40,643 nt of DNA, taken from positions 1-40,643 of the forward strand of contig DASZCY010000275.1 in the NCBI GenBank assembly GCA_035942615.1, written 5' to 3'. The DNA comes from Solirubrobacteraceae bacterium (lineage in GTDB: Bacteria; Actinomycetota; Thermoleophilia; Solirubrobacterales; Solirubrobacteraceae). The translations under genes and the position numbers were made by a program. Positions 1-8,367 of this stretch are shown piece after piece. The notes under the pieces are model-generated. The model was not told the DNA's origin. It searched no databases and was given only the letters and a program-made list of their open reading frames with translations. Each line of letters opens with the position of its first letter. Position 1 is the first letter of the stretch.

Positions 1-828
1 CTCCTGGCGCTGGGCAAGTGCCGCCTCGGCCTGCTCGCGGCGACCCGCCACCTCGCGCAGCTCGCCCTCGGCCCCCGAGCGGGCCTCCCGCTCCCGCGCG
101 GCCGCCGCCTCGGCCCCGGCCAGCTCCTCCCGCGCGGCGCGCACCGCATCCCGCGCGAGCTCCCAGCGAGCCTCCAGCGTCTGGCGCTCCAGGCGCTCGT
201 GTAGCTCGGCGGCCTCGGCCTGGCGCTTGAGCGGGCGCAGTCGCGAGCGCGCCTCACGCTCCACGTCCAGCGCCCGGTCGAGGTTGTCCTGGGTGCGCTC
301 GAGCTTGAGCTGCGCGCGGCGGCGGCGCTTGCGGTGCTTGCCCAGTCCCGCGGCCTCCTCGATGAGCAGGCGCCGGTCGCGCGGCATGGAGGTGACGATG
401 GCCTCCACCCGCCCCTGGGAGACCACCGAATGCATCTCCTTGCCCAGGCCGGTGTCGGACAGCAGCTCGAGCACGTCGACCAGCCGGCAGCGCGCGCCGT
501 TGAGGCGGTACTCGCCCTCGCCCGAGCGGTCCAGCCGGCGCACGATGGAGATCTCGCCCATCGGCACGTCGATGACGCCGTCGCCATTGTCGATGACCAG
601 CTCGACCTCGGCCCCCGAGCGCGCCTGCACCCCCCGCCCGCCGCCGAAGATCACGTCCTGCATGGTCGAGCCGCGCACCGCCAGCGGCGACTGCTCGCCC
701 ATGGCCCACAGGACGGCGTCGGTCACGTTGGACTTGCCTGAGCCGTTGGGGCCGACGATCACCGACACGCCCGGGCCGAACTCCAGCCGCGTGCGGTCGG
801 GAAAGGACTTGAAGCCCTTCAGGGTCAT
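1..828 (-). CDS. smc: Chromosome segregation ATPase SMC, N-terminal part (gene runs off the left edge)
   Basis: Absent from the ORF track because it is open at the window edge. My reverse-strand translation from ATG 828-826 gives MTLKGFKSFPDRTRLEFGPGVSVIVGPNGSGKSNVTDAVLWAMGEQSPLAVRGSTMQDVIF...LIEEAAGLGKHRKRRR... This has the SMC Walker A (GPNGSGKSN) followed by coiled-coil sequence. It starts 5 nt after the rnc stop, the classic rnc-smc order. Confidence 0.85.
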   Translation of the reverse strand, partial: MTLKGFKSFPDRTRLEFGPGVSVIVGPNGSGKSNVTDAVLWAMGEQSPLAVRGSTMQDVIFGGGRGVQARSGAEVELVIDNGDGVIDVPMGEISIVRRLDRSGEGEYRLNGARCRLVDVLELLSDTGLGKEMHSVVSQGRVEAIVTSMPRDRRLLIEEAAGLGKHRKRRRRAQLKLERTQDNLDRALDVEREARSRLRPLKRQAEAAELHERLERQTLEARWELARDAVRAAREELAGAEAAAAREREARSGAEGELREVAGRREQAEAALAQRQE

Positions 829-833
829 CGACC

Positions 834-1532
834 TCAGATGCATTGGGGCCTCCCCTCGGCCACCGCCGGCCCGCCGAACGCCTCCAGCGCCGCGCGGGCA
901 GCCTCCTGCTCGGCCTGCTTCTTGGAGCGTCCGCGTCCGCGCCCGACCTCCTCGCCGGCCACGCTGGCCATCACCTCGAAGATGCGGTCGTGCGGCGGGC
1001 CCAGCTCGGCCATCACCGCGTAGTCGACGGTCTGCGCGGTGCGGGCCAGGTGCTCCTGCAGGGCGGACTTGAAGTCCACGGGGTTGCGCAACGCGTCCTC
1101 GATCTCGGGCTGGAAGGCCTCCACCACCGCCTCGGCCGTTCGCTCGTAGCCGGCGTGCAGGTAGCAGGCGCCGATCACCGCCTCGATCACCGAGGCCAGC
1201 ACGCGTTCGGTCTCCACCAGCGCGTCGGCGCTCACGGAGACCGGCGCGGCCGCGCGCAGCCGGGCCGGCACGTCGAGGCGCTCGGCCACGGCACGGCACG
1301 CCGCCCCGCTGACCGACTGGGCGCGGATCTTGGTCAGCCGCCCGGCACCGAAGCGCTCGGCCTCCAGACGCGGGTACAGGTGGGCGGTGACCGCCAGGCC
1401 GAGGACGCTGTCGCCCAGAAAGGCCAGGCGCGCGTAGGAGTCGCTGCGCCGCTCGCTCCACGACGCGTGCGTGAAGACCTGCTGTCCCAGGTTCTCGGGC
1501 AGCTCGTCCAGGAGGGCGCTCAGGAGCTTCAG
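834..1532 (-). CDS. rnc: Ribonuclease III
   Basis: C-terminal 233 codons of ORF 834..2009. It has the RNase III signature ARLAFLGDSVLGLAV and a dsRBD-like C-terminus (GRGRGRSKKQAEQEAARAAL). No ATG/GTG/TTG is available near the conserved N-terminus. The only candidate is CTG 1532-1530, overlapping the acpP TGA (CTGA). The start is uncertain. Confidence 0.85.
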   Translation of the reverse strand: MKLLSALLDELPENLGQQVFTHASWSERRSDSYARLAFLGDSVLGLAVTAHLYPRLEAERFGAGRLTKIRAQSVSGAACRAVAERLDVPARLRAAAPVSVSADALVETERVLASVIEAVIGACYLHAGYERTAEAVVEAFQPEIEDALRNPVDFKSALQEHLARTAQTVDYAVMAELGPPHDRIFEVMASVAGEEVGRGRGRSKKQAEQEAARAALEAFGGPAVAEGRPQCI

Positions 1533-1801
1533 GGCTCGGCGGGGTCGAGATCGGCGGCCGGCGGCTCGCGCGCCACAACGAAGTCCACCGCCTGGCCGAC
1601 GGTGAGCAGGCGCGCGGCGTCCTCGTCGCTCACCCGCACGCCGTAGGAGTCTTCGAGCTCCTGCACCAGGGTGTAGAGGTCGAGCGAGTCGGCCTCCAGG
1701 TCCTCCTTGAAGCGGGTGCCCTCCTCCACGCGCGCGGGGTCCAGGTCCAGCTCGTCGGCCAGATGCGAGCGGATCAGCTCGAAGACCTCGTCGCGGGTCA
1801 T
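1529..1801 (-). CDS. acpP: Acyl carrier protein
   Basis: 90-aa ORF with the phosphopantetheine attachment motif LEADSLDLYTLV. ATGA overlap with the plsX stop. Confidence 0.9.
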   Translation of the reverse strand: MTRDEVFELIRSHLADELDLDPARVEEGTRFKEDLEADSLDLYTLVQELEDSYGVRVSDEDAARLLTVGQAVDFVVAREPPAADLDPAEP

Positions 1802-2856
1802 GACGCGGGCACGTTACGCCCTGGGGTGGATCGATCGACCGGCGGGCGGTCGCGCAGCGCCCCGGCGGCCGCCAGGGCGTCATGGGTACGCGCGATGACG
1901 TCGCCGCTGACCCCGCGGGCGGCGAGGAGGATGGCCTGGGAGAACCCATACCGCGTGAAGCGCCCGTGGGGCACCACGCCCAGGCGTCGCAGGCCCAGCA
2001 GGTAGGCACCCCCCGGTCCCTCCGGATCGAGCTCGTCGCGCAGGCCGCGCAGCGCCGGCCTGAGCAGCAGCCCGCCGGCCCTGGCCCGAGGGGAGCTCGT
2101 GGCCCGCTCGCGGATGGCCGCGAGCATGGTCTGCGACACGCCCTCCATCAGCTTGAGCGCGATGTTTCCGGTGAAGCCGTCGGTGACCACCACGTCGGCC
2201 GCCCCCCGGGTGACCTGGGTGCCCTCCACGTTGCCCACGAAGCTCAGCGCCCCGGCGGCCTGGCCCGCCCCGTCGGCCAGGGCGCGATGGGCCTCCTGCA
2301 CCAGCTCGGTGCCGCGCACCGACTCCTCGCCGTTGGACAGCAGCGCCACGCGAGGGCGCTCCACCCCCAGCACCACCTGCGCGAGCGCAGCACCCATGAA
2401 GGCGAACTGCACCAGGTGCTCGGGGCGCACCTCGGAGTTGGCGCCCACGTCGACGAGCGTCACCGGGTGCTCGGGCACGGGCACGGGAAGGGCCAGCGCG
2501 GGACGGTGGATGCCCCGGTCGCGCTTGACGCGAAACAGGCCGGCGGCCAGCGCGGCCCCGGTGGAGCCTCCCGAGACGAACGCGTCGGCCCGCCCCTGGG
2601 CCACGGCGTCCACGGCCTGCACGACCGAGGCGTCGGGCGTGGAGCGCGCCGCAGCGACGGGGTCGCGCGCCTTGGCGATGGACACCGGCGCGTCGACGAC
2701 CTCCACGCCCTCGCCAACCTCGCCCAGCTCGTGGGCCGGGCCGAAGAGCACCACCCTGACCCCCCGCTTGGCGGCCGTGGCGGCGGCGGCGGCGACCTCC
2801 CCGGCTCCCAGGTCCGCGCCGTTGGCGTCGACCGCGATGGTGACCTCCCCGGCCAT
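1798..2856 (-). CDS. plsX: Phosphate acyltransferase PlsX
   Basis: ORF 1798..2895. Typical PlsX N-terminus MAGEVTIAVDANGADLG from ATG 2856, GGSTGA motif, and the rpmF-plsX-acpP neighbourhood. GTG 2895 is an alternative start. Confidence 0.85.
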   Translation of the reverse strand: MAGEVTIAVDANGADLGAGEVAAAAATAAKRGVRVVLFGPAHELGEVGEGVEVVDAPVSIAKARDPVAAARSTPDASVVQAVDAVAQGRADAFVSGGSTGAALAAGLFRVKRDRGIHRPALALPVPVPEHPVTLVDVGANSEVRPEHLVQFAFMGAALAQVVLGVERPRVALLSNGEESVRGTELVQEAHRALADGAGQAAGALSFVGNVEGTQVTRGAADVVVTDGFTGNIALKLMEGVSQTMLAAIRERATSSPRARAGGLLLRPALRGLRDELDPEGPGGAYLLGLRRLGVVPHGRFTRYGFSQAILLAARGVSGDVIARTHDALAAAGALRDRPPVDRSTPGRNVPAS

Positions 2857-2961
2857 CGCGGGGACAGCGCTAGGGATGGCGGACGCGACCGCCACCGACG
2901 GCGAGGCCGTTGGTTGGTGGCCTCCCGGGGCGGCTCCCCGCGTCGGGCCAGCGCCCCATGC

Positions 2962-3165
2962 TCAGTGGTCGTGATCGGGGTCGTGACCGGCCGGCGCCGA
3001 GACGACCTCGCGCCCGGCGTAGTGGCCGCACACGGGGCAGACGCGGTGGGGCCGGCGCGGGTTGTGGCACTGCGGGCAGGCGTTGTACGAGGGCGCTGGG
3101 ATCTTGTGCTGAGCGCGGCGCTTGGACGTGCGTGCGTGGGACTGCTTCTGCTTGGGGACGGCCAT
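2962..3165 (-). CDS. rpmF: 50S ribosomal protein L32 (zinc-ribbon form)
   Basis: MAVPKQKQSHARTSKRRAQHK... with CPQC...CPVC. Confidence 0.93.
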   Translation of the reverse strand: MAVPKQKQSHARTSKRRAQHKIPAPSYNACPQCHNPRRPHRVCPVCGHYAGREVVSAPAGHDPDHDH

Positions 3166-3177
3166 GAGAGTCGCGAC

Positions 3178-3183
3178 AGGGTA
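3178..3183 (-). promoter_or_regulatory. Putative -10 hexamer TACCCT upstream of rpmF
   Basis: The minus strand reads cacTACCCTgtcgcgactctcATG, with 12 nt between the hexamer and the ATG. The same CTACCCT motif occurs upstream of yceD and in the rsmB leader region; a closely related gTACCCT sits before the post-ribH ORF. Confidence 0.35.
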
Positions 3184-3213
3184 GTGGATCGTCGCTCGCC
3201 CCGGGGAGCGCCG

Positions 3214-3726
3214 CTACTCGAAGCGCAGCTCGCTGAGCTTGGCCCAGCGGGGATCGGGCTCGGGCTCGTGCTCGTGCGGCTTGGCGTTGAGATCCTCCCC
3301 GCAGAGCGCGCACAGGCCGGCGCAGGTCTCGCGGCAGATGACCTGGGCGGGCAGGGCGAGCACCAGGGCGTCCTGGGCCCAGCGGCGCAGGTCGAGCTCT
3401 CCCTCGCGCACGTAGGGACTGCTCAGCTCCTCCCCTCCGCCGGGCTGATCGACTTCGCGGGCGTCGACCTCGAACGTCGGCTGCGCGGGCTCCAGGCAGC
3501 GCATGCACGGGCCCTCCAGCCCCGCCGAGAAGCGCAGGCGCAGCGCCCAGCCGCTGCCCACCGTGCGGTCGAGGTCCAGGCGCACGGGCAGGGCCTGGGG
3601 CAGCACCGCGTAGCGCTCGGCGCCGAAGGTGACCGGGTCCAGCGCGACCTCGAGATCTAGGCGGTGCGCCTCGCCGGGCGTGAGGCGCAGGCGCGCGAGA
3701 TCGAAGGTGTCGGCCCTCGCGGCCAT
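3214..3726 (-). CDS. yceD: YceD/DUF177 family protein (large-subunit ribosome maturation-associated)
   Basis: 170 aa with the CMRCLEP ... CRETCAGLCALCGEDLN cysteine pattern typical of DUF177. Located directly upstream of rpmF, as in most bacteria. Confidence 0.8.
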   Translation of the reverse strand: MAARADTFDLARLRLTPGEAHRLDLEVALDPVTFGAERYAVLPQALPVRLDLDRTVGSGWALRLRFSAGLEGPCMRCLEPAQPTFEVDAREVDQPGGGEELSSPYVREGELDLRRWAQDALVLALPAQVICRETCAGLCALCGEDLNAKPHEHEPEPDPRWAKLSELRFE

Positions 3727-3734
3727 CCCTGCCG

Positions 3735-3740
3735 AGGGTA
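3735..3740 (-). promoter_or_regulatory. Putative -10 hexamer TACCCT, 8 nt upstream of the yceD ATG (leaderless-type)
   Basis: The minus strand reads cgcTACCCTcggcagggATG. No Shine-Dalgarno sequence in between. Confidence 0.4.
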
Positions 3741-3792
3741 GCGAGGCTCAGCACGCCAGCGCTCCTGCGCGTGACGTCGGCGATGCGCCGGC

Positions 3793-5409
3793 CTACCCCT
3801 CCTGCCCGGCCAGCTCTCGCTTGACCACCTTCCCGGTGGCGTTGCGCGGCAGCTCGTCAAGGAAGACGATCTCGCGGGGAACCTTGAAGTCGGCGAGGTT
3901 GGCCTTGACGACGGCCTGGAGGTCCTCCTCGGAGACGCTGCGCCCCTGGCGCTGCACGACAAAGGCCTTCAGGCGCTGGCCGAACTGCTCGTCGTCCACG
4001 CCGATCACCGCGCACTCCTCGACGCCGTCGTGGTCGGCCAGCAGGTCCTCCACCTCGCGGGGAAAGACGTTCTCGCCACCCGAGACGATCATCTCGTCGT
4101 CGCGCCCGTCGATGAACAGGCGGCCGTCCTCGTCGAAGTGGCCGACGTCGCCCGAGGACATGAGACCGTCGATCTCGTTCTTGCGCCCACCCCCGGTGTA
4201 ACCCTCGAACTGCATCTCGTTGCCCACGAAGATGCGCCCGGTCTGGCCCTTGGCGACCGGGCGGTCATGCTCGTCGTAGAGGCGCACCACGGTCCCGTGG
4301 GGAGGACGCCCGGCCGTGCCCGGTGCGACGCGCAGATCCTGCGGGGTGGCGATGGTCGCCCAGGCCACCTCGGTGGACCCGTAGAGGTTGTAGAGCACGT
4401 CGCCGAAAGCGTCCATGACGCGCACCGCGAGCTCTCCGGGCAGCGCGGAGCCGCTGGCGGCGATCACCCGCAGCGCGCGCAGGTCGTAGCGCCCGATGAC
4501 CTCCTCGCCCAGCTCGAGGATGCGCTGGAGCATTACGGGGACGACGATCAGGGCGGTGGCCTCGTGCATGGCTGCCGCCTGCAGCGTCCCCTCGGGATCG
4601 AAGCGCCGGCGCAGCACCACGGTGGACGACAGGCTCATGCCCAGCGTCCAGTGCGCGAAGCCCCAGGAATGGAACAGGGGCGCGGCGATCATGGTGGCCT
4701 CGCGGGCCCGCAGCGGGATGCGCTCCAGGAGGGCCGCGGCGGGTTCCAGCGACTCGGGCTGCTTGCGGTTGGCGCCCTTGGGCGTCCCGGTGGTGCCCGA
4801 GGTGAGGATGACCACGCGGCCGCGCTCGCCGGGCGGCTGGAGGTCGGAGGAATCGCCCGAGGCGATCAGGTCCTCGAGCAGCGGGTCCTCGGGCTTGGCG
4901 TCGCCCTCGAACCAGCCCACGAAGCGCCGGCGGTCCCTGGCCGCCTCGGCGACCAGCTCGGCAAACTCCTCGTCATAGACGATGGCCGCGGGCTGCTCGC
5001 GCGCACACACGTCGGTGATCTGGGGCGCAGCGAACTGGGTGTTGAGGTACAACGCATCGGCGCCCAGCTTCGAGCAGGCAATGGTCGCGTCGATGAAGCC
5101 ACGATGGTTGCGACACAGGATGGCCACGCCGTCGCCCTCGCGCAGTCCCGCCCGGCGCCACGCCCGGGCCAGGGCGTTGGAGCGCTGGTGCATCTCCTCG
5201 AAGGTCAGCGTTCCCTGCTCGTCGATCAGCCCGACCTCGTCGCCGAAGCGGATGGCCGACGCGCAGTAGCCGGCGGCGGGAGTCGGTCCCCAGCGTGCCA
5301 GCGCGATCCCGGTCCGAACGAGGCGGTCGGGACGCGTCGGCCTCACGATGCCCGCTGAGGCCAGCGTGCGAACGGTGAAGAGCTTCCTCTGGAGGATCCC
5401 CGGCTTCAT
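3793..5409 (-). CDS. AMP-dependent acyl-CoA synthetase/ligase (FadD-like)
   Basis: 538 aa with the AMP-binding motif LTSGTTGTPKG and the C-terminal GEMIVSGGENVFPREVE...GKV pattern. Confidence 0.85.
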   Translation of the reverse strand: MKPGILQRKLFTVRTLASAGIVRPTRPDRLVRTGIALARWGPTPAAGYCASAIRFGDEVGLIDEQGTLTFEEMHQRSNALARAWRRAGLREGDGVAILCRNHRGFIDATIACSKLGADALYLNTQFAAPQITDVCAREQPAAIVYDEEFAELVAEAARDRRRFVGWFEGDAKPEDPLLEDLIASGDSSDLQPPGERGRVVILTSGTTGTPKGANRKQPESLEPAAALLERIPLRAREATMIAAPLFHSWGFAHWTLGMSLSSTVVLRRRFDPEGTLQAAAMHEATALIVVPVMLQRILELGEEVIGRYDLRALRVIAASGSALPGELAVRVMDAFGDVLYNLYGSTEVAWATIATPQDLRVAPGTAGRPPHGTVVRLYDEHDRPVAKGQTGRIFVGNEMQFEGYTGGGRKNEIDGLMSSGDVGHFDEDGRLFIDGRDDEMIVSGGENVFPREVEDLLADHDGVEECAVIGVDDEQFGQRLKAFVVQRQGRSVSEEDLQAVVKANLADFKVPREIVFLDELPRNATGKVVKRELAGQEG

Positions 5410-5415
5410 GTGCGC

Positions 5416-5421
5416 GACTCT
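5416..5421 (-). promoter_or_regulatory. Putative -10 hexamer TAGAGT, 6 nt upstream of the acyl-CoA ligase ATG
   Basis: The minus strand reads gagcTAGAGTcgcgcaATG. TAnnnT at leaderless spacing. Confidence 0.4.
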
Positions 5422-5511
5422 AGCTCGCCAGGGGTGCCGGAGGCGGCCAAGAGGGTGCGAGCGCAGCGAGCCGTGGGAGGTGGCCCCCGGGTCGCGAGGC
5501 GAAACATGCTC

Positions 5512-6444
5512 CTACGGCAGGCGCACGGCGGCGGGTATCGCCCCGTCCTCGATGAAGGCGTGGATCTCGCGCGCCCGGCGCGGGTTGAGGAACACGTGAC
5601 GCTGGCCGACGCTGCGCTTTTCGACCAGCAGGCCGGCGGCCACCAGCGCCTCGCCGACCGCCTCGGCCAGGGCGCGGTCGTTGCCCTGGAAGCCCTTGGC
5701 CAGGTGGGAGAACTCCGTGTGGTAGCCACCCCACTTGCCCATGCCGTGCAGGCGCTGGAGGATGCGCCGCGCGGCGCGGCGCGAGGCGTCGGGGTCGTCG
5801 TGGGGGCGAGCGGGGCCGCCCCCGTCCCAGCCGAGCAGGTCGAGGACCGCCTCTTCGCGGGCCTCGACGGAGGCCGGGTCGGCCGGCCGGCCTCCCAGGC
5901 GCGCCACCGCCTCGGCCACCCTCAGCGGATGGGCGTCGCCGATGGGCGCGCGCAGCGTGCCGGCGGCTGCGTCCAACACGTGGCCGGGCAGCGCCAGGGC
6001 GCATGTGCGCAGCCGGTCGATGGCCTGGGTGGCCTCCTCGTAGGCCACCGCGGCCAGCTCGGCATCGCCGCCGTCCACGGCGAGGACGAGGTGGCCCTCG
6101 AGCTCGCCCGCGCGCAGGGCGAGCTCGCGCGGACCGCGCGGGGGGGCCAGCCCGGCCGACGCGCACAGCGCCCCGGCCAGGGCGGCGGCCATGCGCCACT
6201 CGCGCTCGGTGACCACGTGGGCATCGGCGCGCAGCTCCGCCGGCACCGGGGCGACCCCCAGCACAGCGTCGTCGCAGGTCGCGGTGGCCACGCAGACGGG
6301 CGCTGCGTAGCCCGAGCGTGCAAGGCTCAGCTCCCGTCGCCCGCGCTCCAGCTCGCTCAGCAGCAGAACCCGCAGCCGGCCCGTCCGGGCGGGCGGCGCA
6401 CCGGTGCCGCCCGCCTCTTGCAACGCGCGCTCGAGATGGGCCAT
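5512..6444 (-). CDS. Hypothetical protein, 310 aa (Ala/Leu-rich N-terminal region plus conserved-looking C-terminal module)
   Basis: Clean high-GC3 ORF starting at ATG 6444. The C-terminal segment RRILQRLHGMGKWGGYHTEFSHLAKGFQGNDRALAEAVGEALVAAGLLVEKRSVGQRHVFLNPRR looks like a compact helical, possibly winged-helix, module. I do not recognise a family. Confidence 0.6.
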   Translation of the reverse strand: MAHLERALQEAGGTGAPPARTGRLRVLLLSELERGRRELSLARSGYAAPVCVATATCDDAVLGVAPVPAELRADAHVVTEREWRMAAALAGALCASAGLAPPRGPRELALRAGELEGHLVLAVDGGDAELAAVAYEEATQAIDRLRTCALALPGHVLDAAAGTLRAPIGDAHPLRVAEAVARLGGRPADPASVEAREEAVLDLLGWDGGGPARPHDDPDASRRAARRILQRLHGMGKWGGYHTEFSHLAKGFQGNDRALAEAVGEALVAAGLLVEKRSVGQRHVFLNPRRAREIHAFIEDGAIPAAVRLP

Positions 6445-6451
6445 GCCGTCG

Positions 6452-6461
6452 AGCCTAGACT
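6452..6461. promoter_or_regulatory. Overlapping divergent -10 boxes (TAGGCT on minus, TAGACT on plus) sharing a CTAG core
   Basis: The plus strand has agCCTAGACTgccggtcgGTG, with TAGACT at 6456-6461 and 8 nt to GTG 6470. The minus strand has TAGGCT at 6457-6452, with 7 nt to ATG 6444. Confidence 0.45.
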
Positions 6462-6469
6462 GCCGGTCG

Positions 6470-6961
6470 GTGTCCGACTGGTTCGATCGCTTCGGCTATG
6501 CGCAGGTCGCCGAGGGCCTGCTCGTCGGGGCCTATCCCCAGGACGCCGACGACGTCGCCGCCCTGGGCGCACAGGGCGTCACCCGCGTGTTCAACCTGGT
6601 GCGCGACAGCGAGTACGAGCAACGCGGCGGGCGTGAGGCGTGCGTGGCGGCGCTGGCCAGCGCCGGCATCGCGGAGGAGCGCATCGCGATCGAGGATTTC
6701 GGCTCGCTGCCGCCCGAACAGCTCGAGCGGGCCACCGACACGGTGCTCGCCTGGCTGGAGGCCGGCGAGCGCGTCTACCTGCACTGCCGCGCGGGCTGGC
6801 AGCGCTCCGCCGCGGTGGCGGCGGGCGTGGTCGCCCTGCACGACGGGATCGGCCTGGAGGAGGCGCTGCAGCGCGTGCGCAGGCGCAAGCCCACGGCCGA
6901 GCCCCTGGCCCACCAGCGGGCGGACCTCGCGCGGTGGTGGGAGCAGCGCGCGGCCGGCTGA
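6470..6961 (+). CDS. Dual-specificity / Cys-based protein phosphatase (CX5R)
   Basis: Active-site motif HCRAGWQRSAAV (HCxxGxxR[ST]). Start taken as GTG 6470 because of the TAGACT box 8 nt upstream. An in-frame ATG at 6443 is the alternative. Confidence 0.8.
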   Translation: MSDWFDRFGYAQVAEGLLVGAYPQDADDVAALGAQGVTRVFNLVRDSEYEQRGGREACVAALASAGIAEERIAIEDFGSLPPEQLERATDTVLAWLEAGERVYLHCRAGWQRSAAVAAGVVALHDGIGLEEALQRVRRRKPTAEPLAHQRADLARWWEQRAAG

Positions 6962-7004
6962 GCGCGACGGGCGTGGCACACCGCGTTCCGTCAGGACGGT
7001 CACC

Positions 7005-7010
7005 TACCGT
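7005..7010 (+). promoter_or_regulatory. Putative -10 hexamer TACCGT, 14 nt upstream of the ATG at 7025
   Basis: The plus strand reads caccTACCGTacgacccctccgccATG. TAnnnT with a short leader and no SD. Confidence 0.3.
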
Positions 7011-7024
7011 ACGACCCCTCCGCC

Positions 7025-8290
7025 ATGGAAGCCGCCACGCCCCTCCCCTTCAGCTCGGTCGCCGTGCGCAACGGGCGGCTGGTCATCGACTCGCTCGTCG
7101 TGGACGACGAGTGCGCGGTGCGCCTGGCCACCGAGCGCGGCGACGCCGCGCGCCTGGTGGTCGACGCCGTGGAGATCGGCGCGCGCGTGCTCGACCGCGA
7201 GCAGGCCGCCGCCCACGCAGACTTCGTCAAGGTGGAGTTCGAGCGCGCCGCCCGCGCGCTCAAGGACGAGTTCACCGACCGTGCCAAGGGCGTGGCCGAC
7301 CGCCTGGACCAGAAGGTCGACGAGACCTTCGGCGCCGAGCAAGGCCAGCTTGCCCGGGTCATGGCCCGCCATTTCGGCGACGAATCCTCCGCAGCCGTCC
7401 AGCACCGCGTCAGGGCCGTCCTCCAGGAGGTCGCGGGGACGATGCGCGAGGACCTGCGCAAGCAGCTGACCGCCGACACGCAGGACAATCCGATCATGGC
7501 CATGCAGCGGGCCTCGCTCAAGGTCGTGCGCGAGAACGCCGACCAGCAGGCCACCACCCTGCGCGCCATGGGCGACAAGCTCGAGGCCATGAAGGTCGAG
7601 CTGGCCGAGCTGCGCGCCGAGAAGCAGCGCGTGGCCGAGGTGGCCGCCGCCGAGGAACGCGGCACGGCGAAGGGACGCACCTACGAGGAGGCGGTCGCCG
7701 AGGCGCTGGACAGCCTGGCCGCGGCACGCGGCGACGCCTGCGAGGCGGTGGGCGACGTGCGCGGGGAGACCGGCAAGAAAGGCGACGTCGTCGTGGGCAT
7801 CGACGCGTGCTCGGGCCCGGCGCGCGGGCGCATCGTCTTCGAGGCCAAGCACCGCAGGCTGTCGCGCAACGAAGCCCTCGCGGAGCTCGACGGGGCACTG
7901 GCGGACCGCGCCGCCGACTACGCCGTGCTGGTGGTGCCGGCCGACGACAAGCTGCCCGCGCGCTCGAATCCCCTGCGCGAGGTCAACGGCGACAAGCTGT
8001 TTGTCACCTTCGACCCCGACGACGGCTCGACGCTGACCCTCGAGGTCGGCTACGCGCTGGCCCGCGCTCGGGTGCTGCTGGCCCGCGACGGCGACGGGGG
8101 CGTGGACGCGGGCGCGGTGCGCGGCGAGGTCGAGCGGGCTCTCAACGCGCTGGAGGACGTCAAGCGCATCAAGACGCAGCTCACTCACGCCTCCAACGGC
8201 GTGAGCCAGGCCCGCGAGATCCTGGAGGGCCTGGAGACGGGCGTGCGGGCTCACCTCGGCGCGATCGAGGCGCTGCTGGCCGCCGGCTGA
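7025..8290 (+). CDS. Coiled-coil protein with C-terminal PD-(D/E)xK nuclease-like motif (DUF2130/RmuC-like architecture)
   Basis: 421 aa. The central part is heptad-like and charged (KLEAMKVELAELRAEKQRVAEVAAAEE). The C-terminal part has GKKGDVVVGID...GRIVFEAKHRRLS, i.e. D...(D/E)xK with hydrophobic strands, then ADYAVLVVP. Confidence 0.6.
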   Translation: MEAATPLPFSSVAVRNGRLVIDSLVVDDECAVRLATERGDAARLVVDAVEIGARVLDREQAAAHADFVKVEFERAARALKDEFTDRAKGVADRLDQKVDETFGAEQGQLARVMARHFGDESSAAVQHRVRAVLQEVAGTMREDLRKQLTADTQDNPIMAMQRASLKVVRENADQQATTLRAMGDKLEAMKVELAELRAEKQRVAEVAAAEERGTAKGRTYEEAVAEALDSLAAARGDACEAVGDVRGETGKKGDVVVGIDACSGPARGRIVFEAKHRRLSRNEALAELDGALADRAADYAVLVVPADDKLPARSNPLREVNGDKLFVTFDPDDGSTLTLEVGYALARARVLLARDGDGGVDAGAVRGEVERALNALEDVKRIKTQLTHASNGVSQAREILEGLETGVRAHLGAIEALLAAG

Positions 8291-8367
8291 CGTACGGCAG
8301 GTGAGTTCAAGGCCGGCGGTGGGCAGGCTGCCCGTATGCATCGGCACGCCGACCTCATCACCGCCCG

